From the NCBI GenBank assembly GCA_001643675.2, contig LSRY02000014.1, forward strand, positions 186,001 to 250,000: a stretch of DNA of 64,000 nucleotides. Reading direction: 5' to 3'. Position numbers and translations under genes: made by a program. Positions 51,121 to 64,000 of the stretch are shown piece by piece. The notes beneath the pieces are model-generated. The model was given only the letters and a program-made list of their open reading frames with translations. It was not told where the DNA came from and did no database searches. This DNA comes from Monocercomonoides exilis PA203. Its lineage: Eukaryota; Protista; Preaxostyla. Positions within the stretch are counted from its first letter, which is position 1. Every line of letters begins with the position of its first letter.

Positions 51121-53950
51121 AGGCTTGCATCCCGAGCAGAGAGGGGAAGAGGAGCAGGACGATGTGCATCCGCCAATGCTCCCATTTGCAGCACGCGGCT
51201 GTGGGCAAAAGGCGGCTGTAGCAGAGCCACAAGTGGAGCAGTGCTCCGAAGAATCAGCTTCGAATCTGGTTAGTGCATCACCAACTGCAAAGCCGTCACT
51301 TTCCTATTTTCTGCCATCGTCTTCATTGCCATCCTCCGATTCGCTCCAGTCATCCTTGCCGTTCGACCAGCCCTCTTCTCAACTCTCGTTGCCTTCAGCC
51401 AAGTTTTCGGTCTCGAGGCTTGGTAGCTGCACCGATGGAGGATTTTCATCCAATTTCGGTTCTTCTCATAAATTTCGATATTCTACTTCTGTGACATCGT
51501 CATCATCATCATCTTCTTCTTCTTCATCTTCTTGCGTTTCAGCACAAAAAAGCAATCAGATATCTTTTCAGAGTAACAGTTACACCTTTGACCTCGAAAG
51601 GCATCAGCAACCGTCTGCAATCAGTCGTCTTCCATCTACCGATACAAAAGCAGGAGAGTTTGAAGCACAGCATTCTGTTCAGTACGGGACGATACACGAG
51701 CTGGGGAGACAGTTGGCTGCAACAAAATTGCATAGACAACTTAACGAGAAGGATCAGCATGAAACGTACAAAAACGAGAAGATGCACAATAAAATGAAGA
51801 GTAAGGTAAAATGCAACAGTTTATTTAATGACTATGAAGAGAGAGATCCAACAACATTAAAAGCTTCTGAGATTAACACGATCGGGAAAAGGATGATTTG
51901 TACATCTGATTTTGATGAGCATTCTGATCTTGATCATTCCAGAAATGCTTCTTCCTGTTTGTTGCAATCGTCTTCACATCTTTCTTCTATTTCTCTTTCG
52001 ATGAGGAAAAGTTCTCAGGCAAGAAAAGAAAGCTTCTTACCTAATTTTTCGAATTCACCACAATTATCCCCTCCTTCTCCTCCCTCGTCAACACCGCCAT
52101 CATCTCCGTCATCCAACTCTGTGTACTTCTGCTCGGACTGTGCTTCGGAATGCTCGCTGGATTCGCTCCTGTTTGAAAACATCACACGATGGAAGCCGTC
52201 GAAGCGGGAGACAAGCAACATGGATGCAACGGTTGTTGTGGTGGAAGGAGCTGAAGGGGAGGCAGGGTCGACGATGCAGGAAAGAGAGAGGAAGAAAATG
52301 GAGGAGCAGTGGAGGAAGGAAGACGAGAAGTGGATTGCGCGGAGGATGTACGGAAGAGAATGTGAAGATTTTGGGAAGCAAAGGATCGAGAAGATAACTG
52401 GCATGAAGGAAATTAGAGAAAAGAAGAAAGAAGAAAGTTTTGGTGAAAAGAGAATTGAGCAAATGACAGGAAAAGAAAAAGAGAGGGAAGCAAGAGCCAA
52501 ACAGAAGGAAAGAGAGAAGATTGTAAAGAAGCAGATTGGAGATGCTAAGAGGCTGAAGCGTGTTTTGGGGGTGTGGGTGAGGAAAGGATGGGTTCTGGAC
52601 GAGTGGGAAGGAGAGATGTGGGACGAGGCCGAGAGGAAGATGGCTGAGAAACAGGTGATGAAGATGGTGGGAAGGATAGGAGAGGACGGAGAAAGCAGAG
52701 GAGAACAAGAATGTGGAATGAAAGAGAGGAAGAGGAAAGGGAATGAGGAAGGGGATGCGAATTATGATAGAGTCATTGCAAATTGTGAAAAGGCGAACGA
52801 AGATTTGCGAAATAACGAATACCGTGGGATGACAATTGAAGAACTAAAGCGTATATTTGAGGAGAAGGGAGCGGAAATGGAAGAAGAGAAAAGAGAGGAG
52901 TTGAAGAGGATAATACGACAAAAAGAAGCAAAAGAGGCAGAGAAGATTGAAAAGCGAATGTTGAGCGATGCCGAGCGGTTGCTTGCAGAGAAAGAGAAGA
53001 AAGCAAAGAAAAGACAAAAGAAGGAACAAAAATTCAGGGAAAAAGAAAGAAGCGAAGGAACTGCTAGAAAAGAGGGAAACAGAACAAATGGATTTTATAA
53101 AAGCGATGCAGATGGAAGCGAAGAAGAAATTAGAGAAGAAAGGATCAGAGAACACAATTTTCAGGGCAGAGACAAACAGAGAGACAGCAATTCGCCTTTA
53201 TCTTTCTCTTCTTCAGCGAAAAAAGGAGCTGAACAATCACCAACGTTATTTCAGCCATTATCTTCCTGCTTTCCCTCGACTTTGGACAATGCTTTCCAGC
53301 AGATACAGTTTGATTGCTCAGCAGCAAATGATGTTATTCAATTGCAGCCGCAATCAGAGTTTCCATTGTCATTTCCATTGCCTTCTTTCCCGCTTGATTA
53401 TGCGGAAAATGACGAACTTGGCAGTTTTCCTTATTCTTATTCGGAGCTCCCACCTTATCCTCTCCTTCAAACAAACATTCTGCCTTCCTCTTTCTTACCA
53501 ATTTATCCAGTTTTTTATCCACCGCCTCCATCTTTGGAGCCATTGCCATTTCCGTCTGAAGAATCATTCCAGAATGTGAAAGCACATGCACCTTTGTCAT
53601 CTGAATGGGAAGGACTTCCAACACAGCAAAAAACAAACAACAGCAGAGATGGTTCGCATCAAGTGCAGCATTTGGGGCACTTGGAGAAGAAGGAGAAGAA
53701 GGAGAAGGAAAAGGAAAAGATGGAGCAGAAAGTTCCGAAAGGGAAGCCCAGAAACCCGTTTGCATCTCCAGTTGAGCTCCAGCAGCAAGCAAGCACTGTT
53801 TATGTGCAGCCAAAAGCGCTGCCACCGCTGCTGGCTCTGCCAAATGCAGGAAAAGCTGCTGAATCAATTGGCGGAAGTGGGATGATGATGATGAATAATC
53901 CGAGTGCGAAGTTTGGAGTGGGGCAGTTTATGGACGGTTGGGGCGGATGA
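51121..53950 (+). CDS. Large terminal exon of a low-complexity coiled-coil hypothetical protein
   Basis: Long ORF 50801-53950. Its first about 320 nt look intronic (polypyrimidine tract ending CACAG at 51120). The upstream exon is not established. Confidence 0.65.
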
Positions 53951-54719
53951 GTTTCTGTTTGGCGTTCTTGCAAAGGAATATGAGAAAAATAATTGATGCT
54001 TCAATGTTTCTGATCAGAAGCAGATGATTCGCGTTTGAGTCAATTGGAAATCAGCTGAGCTTCTGCTGGATACATTTCAATATGAGACAAAATTTCAATT
54101 CTTCAAACCTTGCAACATTTGTTCAAGTTAACATGTGTATGACTCGAAAAATGTGCATAATGTTGTATGAACTGATCAAAATTTGATAAATAAACAAAAA
54201 GCGATGAAGGCTAATTTGGCGATGAACAAAAAATGTTGGTTAACTGCTCAATGTTCCTTCGTCATGATTTTATTTACTATTTCATCTCTCTTTCTCAGAC
54301 TCGAAATTGTTTATTTACTAGTTTGAATTTATCAGGAATACACCAGCAATTAGTTTAAATGCTAATATTTGGATTCAATCGTTTATATTTTGAGCTCAAA
54401 ATCGTTAAATTGCAATCAGTGCAATTTCTATTATATTCAAATTCATTTTTTTGCTAAAAAGACAAAATAATTATTCAATTAAAAACACAAAATAGGAAAA
54501 AATTTTTTTCTTAAGGTATGTTTAAATATTACTATTTTTTTGAAAAATTTTAGGAAAAAATATTTCGATTTTCTTATCAGGATTCTGTATTATTTTAAAA
54601 AATCTCTTGTTTGATTGAAACGAAATATTCTGTGTGAATATAGGTTTCTTTTGCTAATAACTGCATAAATCCTAAGGGTTTTTTAATAATTGATAGATTT
54701 CTGAAAAAATGAAGTAGTT

Positions 54720-57700
54720 ATGCATTGGATCAAAATGATTTTGCTGTTTTTAATTTTGTTTTGCATTGAATTTGCTAGTTGTCTAACTAAGAGGCAAATC
54801 GTAAAATCAATAACAACATTCCCACCTTATGGTTCCCAAATAAATCCTAGATATTCCCCTTTTTTTCAATGTTTTGTAAATGAAGGCGTTCCATGCTTGT
54901 TCGTTTATGGCGGAACAACATATAATAATCGCATAACATCCGACGGATATTTAGTAAAAACAGATAATATTCAAATATCACCAGTGCAAATACCGCTGGA
55001 AAGCAAAAAACCATTAGTAAGATTTTGCGCTCAGTTCAGAGTTGGTGAAACATTTTATATTTGGGGTGGATGGCAAGACACAGGAATTTCAAATACCTTG
55101 TGGTCATTTGACTTTTCAACTTGCATTTGGAAGGAAGTGGATCAAGGAGATTCAATTCCTGAAGCAAGACATTCAATGGCATATGCATCAAACGGGGACA
55201 AGTTGTATATTTTTGGAGGAATAAGTGCTTCTGGGCTTATGAAAGATCTATGGGAGTTTGATTCCCAAGCGAAACAGTGGAGAGAATTGAAGATTAATTC
55301 TGGAGAGAATGATCCTGAACCATGCAGCGGAGCGGGAATGTTAGTTTCAAATGGATATGCTGTTGTGTATGGCGGAGATAATGGTGGTGACGTCGTTCCA
55401 AAGCTCAAATTGTTTAGGGTGAAGATCGATACCGCTTCTTCTCAATCTTGGGAAAAAATGAAAATAACAGATATAAATGGGAATGAGAGCAATGTTCCAG
55501 ATTCTCGAGCCAATTTTGGACACGCCACATTCATCAGCTCAAGCAAAGCACATTCATACATTTTTGGTGGTTGGCAAGCAAATAACCTATTTACTGAATT
55601 AAATTCGTTACTTATTCTTGATTGCAGTCAAGTTGTAAGCAGTGGAAGCGGTGAAAAAACAGCTAGATTCAAAGAGCTGGTATTTGACCACCCTCCAAAT
55701 GAATATTATGCACTACAACGAGGAGATTGTGGATGTGCAACAGATGAAGAAGGAAACCTTTTCATTTTCGGAGGAAGAATGAGCACTAGAATAAATTCTG
55801 ACATTTTAGCTGTAATGAAAGAGGATTTATCATTTGATCAAACGGACACAGGAACTTATTCGCAAGAAGCAAACGAGCGAAGAAGAGAATTTAGAAGGAA
55901 ATCTTGTAATCATAATGGCTTGGAAACACTTTTTGGTGAGAATAAAAATGTGAATTCCGATGAAGCATCCGCCTCTAATTCTTCCTCTTCAAAGAAGAAA
56001 GTTTGGATGGGCATTGAATTGAATAATACAAACTCTGCACCAATATTCGACCCCATTTCATCTCCAAGAAATGCAAACTCTCCCTTCCAGCTTTTAATTT
56101 TTGTTAATGACTTTGCGCCTTCTCCTCGTGTTAATCCAATTATTGGTACGATCAATGGATCGCTTTATGTGTATGGAGGCCGTGATCCTATTACTGGAGA
56201 TATTTTTAGTGACATTCACATTCTAATGCCTCTTTACAGTTTATGGTTGAAAATTAATGTTGGGGCATTATCAGAAAATCCTCCAGCGAGAGAATTGGCC
56301 TCATGCGTTGCAGACAATGGGCGCTTGCTGATGTTTGGAGGTTTGGGTCCAAATTCCCAAACAGGGAAAATCGAACCATCAAATGAGTTGTGGGAGTTCA
56401 CTTTTGAAACAATGGGATGGAAGCAGTTGGGAAAAAATTCATTAATCAAGCCATTTCCTGTGTCTGGAGCAGCAATAGCGATTTATATGGATTACCTTAT
56501 TGCATTGGGCGGACAATTGATAGATGGAACTCTGTGTGATGTGGGATTTATGTTTAATTTTGCGATTGACACGTGGGAATTTAGGTTACGCTCTGTTCAA
56601 CTATTGAAGCCTTCGATTCTTGTGATGGACATGACTGTGGATAGTTTTGATCCAAATTATTATTTAGAACAAAGATATGAGATGAATGAACAATATTTAG
56701 CAAGCACATTTAATTCAACGAAACGCAACGAAGACGAAAGAAAATACAAGAAAAGAATTTCGATTTCAAATAATAACAAGCACAATAAAACAGCTGGACA
56801 AACAATTGACAACAACACAGCTATGCATCCCATACTAATTTTATTTGGCGGAACGAGGGGCACTCTACCATTTCGTGGTCTAGGGGTAAGTGACTTGGTT
56901 GACGAATTTATTAAAGCTAGAAAACAGAACAAAGATAGCACACAGCTGAATATGAACAATGCTTTGAAGTTTCCATCTTCAACCAGAAATGCAAATTTTG
57001 ATGAAGATGAAACATATCAGATTTATCACTATCTCGATGGTGTATCCTTACCGCTTGATGATAAAGCGTTAATGTTTGGAGGAAGAAAGAGAGATCGAGC
57101 GATGGATACTTTTAAAGTTGTCAAATTCAATCAAAATGGAGGTTTTGATATTAAAGAAGATGATGGTTCAAGTTTTACAAATGGTTTACATCTTGATGTT
57201 GTAGAAGCCGGATGCACAGTTTATCATCGAAGTGTTATCTGCTTTGGTGGAAGACAAATTAGCAAAGGAAGGACTGTTACACCCGCTGCACTTGATACTT
57301 TTCGAATCATCAACCTTCACGAAGATTTGTTTTCTTGCACCCCTGGCTCTTATGAGGGCAAGAACGGAGAATGTGCTGATTGCCCAATGGGTTCATTCTC
57401 GAATGATTACGGAAGCAAGGAATGCAAAAAATGTCGAGCAGGAACTGTCGGATATTTGTACGGTGCTCAAGAGTTCGGATGCCTTGCTGTTCCAGAAGGC
57501 TATTATTCAGATACTGCTGGCTCAATTTCAACAAAAAATTGCTCTCATGAACAGTATTGCCCAATCGGCTCAGCAGCATTAAATAATAAGATACCAACAG
57601 CAGATCAGTCAAAAACGACACAGCCTTCGCCATATCTTTCACCCGTTCAGACAGAAAATTTTTTGATGGTAGGACTTTACATAGGATTCACCATTATTGG

Positions 57701-58977
57701 TGTTGTAGTTGCTTTGCTTCTTCTTTGCTTGCCAACAAGATCGTTTGTGTATAAGCTGGACAACTTTTCGAACAAGTATGTAGACACGCTTGATCCAGAT
57801 ACACATACCACAGTGAAACACATCAAAAAAACGACATTCGGAGGCTTTATTTCAATTGTTGCCATATTTTTTGTTTGTGGAGCAGCACTTTTGGTAATCT
57901 TGACATTTGCATTTCTGAACACAATTGAAACAAGAACAACAGTTGATGTTTCAATGGAAAAGGAGGCAGACTTGGTTACTTTCAAAAACAATAAGGTGCT
58001 CGCTGAAATAACTTTAATGGATTATACTGGAACATGCATTGGCCCCCCAGAGGATACTGCAAGCGAGTTATCTGGTAAATGCTCAGATAAATTGGGATTC
58101 GGGAAAACAACTTATGATCCATTTAGTATGCATCATTTTTTCCCCATTATCATTAACTTTTGATTGCTTTTTTTTTGAAATTAATTACTAAGATTGGTAT
58201 AATAAAAAAGATTACTCCATGACTCCGAAGTGCACACAAATCCCTTCCACAAATCAGTTTCATTCTCCAACACATCACTGCAAGATAACACTTGAAGCAA
58301 AAAATGTGAAACTTCCAATTCAAAATTCCCTTGTGAACTTCTTTTCGATGCATTCATCTGAAAGAGAGGCATCATGCAGAGCAATAAAGGTGTTTGCATC
58401 CACAGATTCGGCGGTGCCTGTACAACATGACCTGAAATTTGGACCAGACACTGCATTATCTTCAACAGAGTCAATTTTTGTGAGCGACACAGCTCACATC
58501 CTGCGCGGCTCGAACCCCACAAATGTCACAGTTGAATTAATCCCTTCTGTCTATCGGAACGAAAAGAGCTCTAAGCCATCTGTAGGGAAGGGCCATCTTG
58601 TCAACTACATTTCATTTGACATTGGCTCCTATGCGGACTACATTCATCTCTCCAGCAGCATGGGATTTGGTATCAACATTCAATTGAAGTTGGACAAAAC
58701 AGTCGCACTCACTCGCCACTCAATGAAAGTCACTTGGTCAATGCTTCTCACCTCACTCGGAGGGACGTTTGTGTATTTGGGATATTTTGGCAATATTTTA
58801 CCAATATTCGAGACACTTTTGAATATCAACTGGCCCTGCGGGAGAAAAGTTCAGAAGAAAATTACCACAGTTTTTCATGACTCGTCAAAAAAAGGGCGCC
58901 AAACAAAAGTAAATCGTGAGTACGCGGAAGAGATGAAAAATATGATGGAAGAGCATCTTACATCAAACATTGCATGA
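54720..58977 (+). CDS. Signal peptide + Kelch repeats + Cys-rich (TNFR/GCC2-GCC3-like) repeats + 3-TM membrane protein; one intron
   Basis: Many Y/F-x-F/Y-GG...W Kelch blades. CTPGSY..C..CPMGSF..C..C.AG. Intron from 58126 (GTATG) to AG at 58192 or 58210, both in frame with ORF 58219-58977. Confidence 0.85.
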
Positions 58978-59987
58978 GTTGTAATGTTTTTATAAGTTTT
59001 GAGAATTATCTTTTTATTTTTAAAACATCCACAGAGAATGTTGAAGAGCGAATGATTTGAAATAATTTAATTTTTGCAAATTTGTTTTTCACAACAGTTT
59101 TTTAAGAGGGATCTTTTATTAATGGTTCATGCATCTCGATAAAATTATACATTTTTAATTTTTGTCTTTTAGTTTTGTAAAGTTCCTTTTTTTCCTATTC
59201 ATTTATTTTTGAATTTTTTGATTGAATTTCTAATGGAAAAAAGAAATTTTGTTGATTTTCTTCTGTGTTTTTGCATCTGTTCATGTTGTTGAAATTTTAT
59301 TTCAAGATTTTTGTTTTCATTTTCATATCATTCGAAAGATAGGTTTAAAACAAACATTTGTAATAATCATTATTTTTTAAAATATTTCTTGGAAACTTTG
59401 TGTTAAATAAAAACATGACCAATCCAGAATCAATCATTATTTCATTCTGTCAACTTTTTCAAGATTTCATCGATGGATTAATGCATTTAAATACTTCAAA
59501 AAGAAAAAACAAGTGTTCTTCTCTTTTCCATTTTCAAGATAATAATATGAATGATTAATTCAACAAGTTTATTGGTCCCAGCAGTTTATTCACAAGCTTG
59601 AAAGTTAATTAATCGAAGATGCCAATATGGAGAGGATACGAGTCCATTTCCACAAGAAAAAAGTGTTGCGATATTTTATATTCTTGATTCCCCTCATGTT
59701 TCTCATTCTTAACTTTCTCTGCACACAAAAAGTTCGTCTCACTTACAAATCAGCCCTTTCAGACTTCTGAACACTAAAATTATTTTATTCATTTGAAATT
59801 CTTCAATATAAGTGCACTACAATAAAATATTCGAATTCATTAAAGTGTAATAATTTGTCATGTATTTTTTCAAATTGCAGTTGATGCAAAAGCAAACATG
59901 TAAAATAACATTGAAAAAGGATAAAAAAATGGAAAACTTAAAAAATATATTAGAATGAGCTACTTTATCTAGAAAAATGGCTTTGCG

Positions 59988-61854
59988 CTAACAATCATCA
60001 GGGTAAAGGGTCCAATTAGGCCCTTTTGACTGACATCTGTTAAACATGTTTTCATGTGGCAAAATAGAATTGAAATGTGGAATATCGATCCGATACGGAC
60101 CTGAAATTTGACAAAACTGAGGAATAGTGGATGTTGAAGAATCCTCACAAATTGTTGGAAGGCGAGTGGGATCATATATTTTTAGCATCAACAAATTATT
60201 AATTGTTGCTTCAAGAGGATTAATATTTATTCCTTCATAAGTTTTTCTTCGCAATCGTTTTTGTCCATTGAACCATCTTTCAAAAAGAGGATCTTTTTTC
60301 TGATGCTCTTTTCTTTTTGTTTCAAATCTTATTTCATCTTTCGTGTGAGGAGAAAGAACAGATTGAGCATCGCTAAATGCACCAGCTTCCCTTAGCATGG
60401 CCATAACCAATGCAGCTGGATGCACCGACGTTCCCGTATCGTATTTCCATTCCTCTCTTTCTTCAAGATTCATAAGTGTGAAGATATCAACTCCAACACG
60501 CTGGCATTCCTCAAGGCAATCTCCAACTGTTGTGCAAGGACCCGCACCGAAATGATGATATAATCTCATTGACATTCCCTTCACAAACAAGCGATTAATC
60601 ACATTAGGATATTTTTGTTCTAAGAACATCAACGACAAAACAACAACATTTGGAGAAAAATCTTGTGGAAGATTATTTTCCAGATCGTCAATATGCGCAT
60701 ATGGAAGAGATACATTCGTAAGCGCTTGTAGATTCTTCTCAAACCACTCAACGGCCTTCTCTTTTCCACTCACAAATCGCTGACTCACATCATTTGCAAG
60801 AGGAAGCCAAGCTATTGAGTAGTTCGCAGCAGAATATGAATCTATCCATTGCTTAAATTCTGTGCGCCTAAAGCCATTGCCCCATGGAGTTGGAGGGCCA
60901 GGGAAGAAATCGTTGGAGGTTGTTTCATAAATCATGACCCTACCCTTTTCATCGCCTGGCTCTTCGGCGTCTTCTCGCACAATTATTCCAACATGAGACA
61001 CATGGCTTCCAGTAAAATACCAATGCAACTGTGACAAGCCGTCCAATTTGTGAAGAGCAAGAACATCTCCAGATTTTAAATAAGGCTCGATATCCATCAA
61101 AGGCTTTGGATCTTTTGGTATCAAGTGATAACCCAATTGTTCCTCAGTAAAAGATATAAGATCTTTTTCTTTGGATTTCATTATCTTCTTGAAAAATGAA
61201 TTTAATTTCATAATATTTTTAATAGTTGGGAGTGCTCTATAAAATCAATAATTGAGTAAGAAAGCACAATGCATAATAAAAGAAAAGATTAAAATTTGCA
61301 AATATAAATTCAAATTCAATTTCAAACTTTCCGTCAAATGTGAAAATTCTCAATCCATTTTTAAGAAGTTCAGAATATTCTTCTGTTGAATCCCATTTCC
61401 GTTGTTTTATCGTATGATTTCCTTTTTTTCCGACGATATTAAACGACATGCCTTCAGAAGTCATGAGAACATACCAATCTTGACAATACCAATTTTTTGG
61501 TTCAGAAGTTTCCAAATGTAATTGAAATCCTTTCTTTTCAGTAATTTCGATTGTTGCTTTTGTTTGTTTAAAGCAGCTATTTTCCCAATTTGCCTCCTGA
61601 TCAACTTTGACAGATGTCAGATACTTTGGCATTGCATCAAAAGGAGCCTGAGACTTCAATAAATCTTTTGTTGAATTATCTGGTGGAACTTTAGAAAACA
61701 ATTCGTTGATGCTAAGTTTGTTCAAATAAATTTCATGAGTATAGACAGTTGTGCCATTCACTTCTGAAGAACTTGAAATAGTTGTCTGAAATGGAGGAAA
61801 CTGCGTTACAATGCAGAAAGAACCTCGAAGAAAAGTTAACAAAAGCAGTATCAT
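59988..61854 (-). CDS. Secreted protein with a permuted papain-like NlpC/P60 (YiiX-like) core; one intron 61237-61327
   Basis: Signal peptide MILLLLTFLRGSFC. LKSGDVL...FTGSHVSHVGIIV...IYE. The GT-AG intron joins the two ORFs in frame (DGK-ALPTIKNIMKL). Confidence 0.7.
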
Positions 61855-62670
61855 TACTATGTTCCAAGTAAAAATTGAAGTTTTCGACTGTAGAACATTT
61901 TAAAACAGTAAATAACATTCACATTTAAAAAATTATAGTTATGAATGTGATCAAAATTTTCAAACTGCCTCAAATCATGAAAACTCCATTTAGAATATTC
62001 AATTTTACGCACAACGACTTTAAGACAAAAGATAATTTTTAATTTCAATAAAAAAAGACTTTTATACTTCAATTATTTTTTAAAGGTTGAGGTATTTGTA
62101 ATTTCAATTGAGAAATGGATGGTGGATTTGTCAATGATTTATATAAAAAATAATAATTATCAAAATAAAAAAATAATAATAATGAAAAGAAAGAAATGAT
62201 AAGAAAAAAAAAATAAAACGAAAGCGGTGGCTAAAAGATTTTAAAACAAAGTGTAAAAAGAGACAAAATATCGTTAAAAATGCATTATCAACAGCCATAT
62301 TAATGCACATGCAATGCTCATATTACCTCATGCATATATAATATCTATTAATTTTTAAGAAATTGCGTTCAGAAGAAGATTATTTGAAAATACAAGCGAA
62401 TCTGTTCCATAGTCTCATTGCATCAAAATAAAGAAGATGTTGTAAAGGTAAAAATGATTGAGACGTGAAATAGGTTTATAAGCACTGCAAATGCATTGAT
62501 TGAAATTCCAACTCTTCGATTCTTCAAGCCCGCTAATTGAAAAGATATTACCAAAACGAAAAATCATGGTGGGAGCGAATTCACAAGGAAAATAAAATTT
62601 CCTTCTAGTAAGAAATAAAAGCAGTTCCACTACTAATTCTCTCAATTATTAATCACTGGCAAAAAAACGC

Positions 62671-64000
62671 TTACCAATCCACTTTATCTGCAAGTGATGT
62701 ATCAAATATAATAGCCATGGCTAACGAGAAGATGCCAAATACGATTCCACACCAGAATGTCAACCAGGCAAGGAATACTCCGCACGAGCACCCAACAACC
62801 TTCTTTTTCATTTGTGCTGTTCTCCTCAAAAACTCTTCAATTCCTTCTGGACGAGTTGTATTTGGATTTCTGTGTTCATTCACGAATCTTTCTGGAACAG
62901 TGATGATCCTCCAATACATCATAGATGGAATGAGAAAAGCAACTGCAACACCCGCCGTTGAACCGAGGAAATCAAACACAAAGTTCACCTGACTCAAGAA
63001 AATAGCAAGAACCACAGCCAATGCAACCATGCATGATCCAATTATTGAAAACAGCCATGTCTTTCCTGTGAGGCAGCCATATTTCTTCTTATACCAGTCT
63101 GGCTCGCGTTCTAAATCACCATTATCATGAGAATCTCCTCGCTTGTTTTGGAGCTCTCTTTGTTGCTTCAATGCCTCCTCATCGTCTTCAGGTGCATAAT
63201 GCACGCTGGCTCCTTCAACGCTATCTGTGTTGATATGAGGTGAGCTTTCATACGATGCAACTACAACACGCCCAGAATCTGAGCTTGATTCGTTTTCACC
63301 CAACTCTTTGTCTGCTGCGCTCTGTTCATTCAAATTTTCGCTGTTGTTTTCTTTATCTCTTCTTTCTGCATCAGGATGTTCAACTAATTCCAATTGCATT
63401 GGACCAGTTTCTTTCACTTCTTCATATGTGGATACAACAGGCGTTCCAGTAGGTGACACAGTAGGATATGGGGATTGTGATCCCTCAGCCATAAGCTCCA
63501 CTTGTGATGGTGGTCGTGTGCTGTCATAGTCAGCACTTTCTGGATATGGCCTTACGCGATTTGACTTTGGATGACTGTTGCGCTCTCTCCACAAACGCCT
63601 AACAGCATTGATAATGTTGAAGAGTGCAATACGAGCAGGAAGTGAATTCATTGGGCAGCAGAAGACAACAGTCACCAGAGATGCAATACGTGCTGCAAAT
63701 ACCAGCCAGTCTCTATCGTTGTAAAGAGTTAAAATATTTCCTGACGTATCTTTGTTATCGAAAAACATTTGAGTAAACTGGATATAGCCAAAAATCCCCG
63801 CCATCATATAAAAGAATCCAACAATTGAAACTGAAATTAGTGTAATTTTCAGCATCGATTTTGTAGATTTTTCATGAATTTCTCCTTGAATAATTGGTAC
63901 ATTCTGTTGGCACCCAAATGCAAAGCATAACGTTGAAAAAGTTTGAATCATCGAAGGACTTGGGCGAACGGCTTCAACATACTCATGATTAACTTGATCA
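62671..64000 (-). CDS. Amino acid transporter (Aa_trans, SLC38/AVT-like), 5' part outside the window
   Basis: FAFGCQQNVPII..E, GIFGYIQF, GNILTLY, FDFLGSTAG...FLIPSMMY. Long acidic loop. Confidence 0.9.
   Translation of the reverse strand, partial: DQVNHEYVEAVRPSPSMIQTFSTLCFAFGCQQNVPIIQGEIHEKSTKSMLKITLISVSIVGFFYMMAGIFGYIQFTQMFFDNKDTSGNILTLYNDRDWLVFAARIASLVTVVFCCPMNSLPARIALFNIINAVRRLWRERNSHPKSNRVRPYPESADYDSTRPPSQVELMAEGSQSPYPTVSPTGTPVVSTYEEVKETGPMQLELVEHPDAERRDKENNSENLNEQSAADKELGENESSSDSGRVVVASYESSPHINTDSVEGASVHYAPEDDEEALKQQRELQNKRGDSHDNGDLEREPDWYKKKYGCLTGKTWLFSIIGSCMVALAVVLAIFLSQVNFVFDFLGSTAGVAVAFLIPSMMYWRIITVPERFVNEHRNPNTTRPEGIEEFLRRTAQMKKKVVGCSCGVFLAWLTFWCGIVFGIFSLAMAIIFDTSLADKVDW

Noticed and set aside
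59400-59800. Possible small gene or TE remnant between the Kelch and NlpC-like genes
   Set aside because: No sustained frame or recognisable motif.

Overview
AT-rich eukaryotic DNA with short GT-AG introns and the standard genetic code (ahcY ends in TAA). The gene families and style suggest an oxymonad (Monocercomonoides-like) protist; this is inference. 1-15.6 kb is a mobile/pseudogene zone: two decayed members of a large surface-receptor family (one a chimera made from an inverted copy of the other), a Merlin/IS1595-type transposase, a fold-back MITE and a degraded DIRS-type retroelement (gag, RT, RNase H, Dam-like MTase, tyrosine recombinase). 16-34 kb holds host genes: a 7-exon syntaxin-6-like SNARE missed by the ORF track, ahcY head-to-head with ribosomal P1 (whose stop codon is split by an intron), a PHO80-type cyclin, a Merlin-type MITE with an 8-bp TSD, an RRM/SURP protein and a large low-complexity gene. 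34.4-50.5 kb is a giant inverted duplication (about 3.7-kb arms, each with a tRNA-Asn and an ORF) centred on an imperfect hairpin. One arm is interrupted by an 8.6-kb hAT transposon (perfect 17-bp TIRs, 8-bp TSD, empty site visible in the other arm) carrying a dead transposase and about 4.7 kb of gene-like cargo. The window ends with a Kelch/Cys-rich 3-TM membrane protein, a permuted NlpC/P60-like secreted protein lacking its Cys, and an amino-acid transporter.
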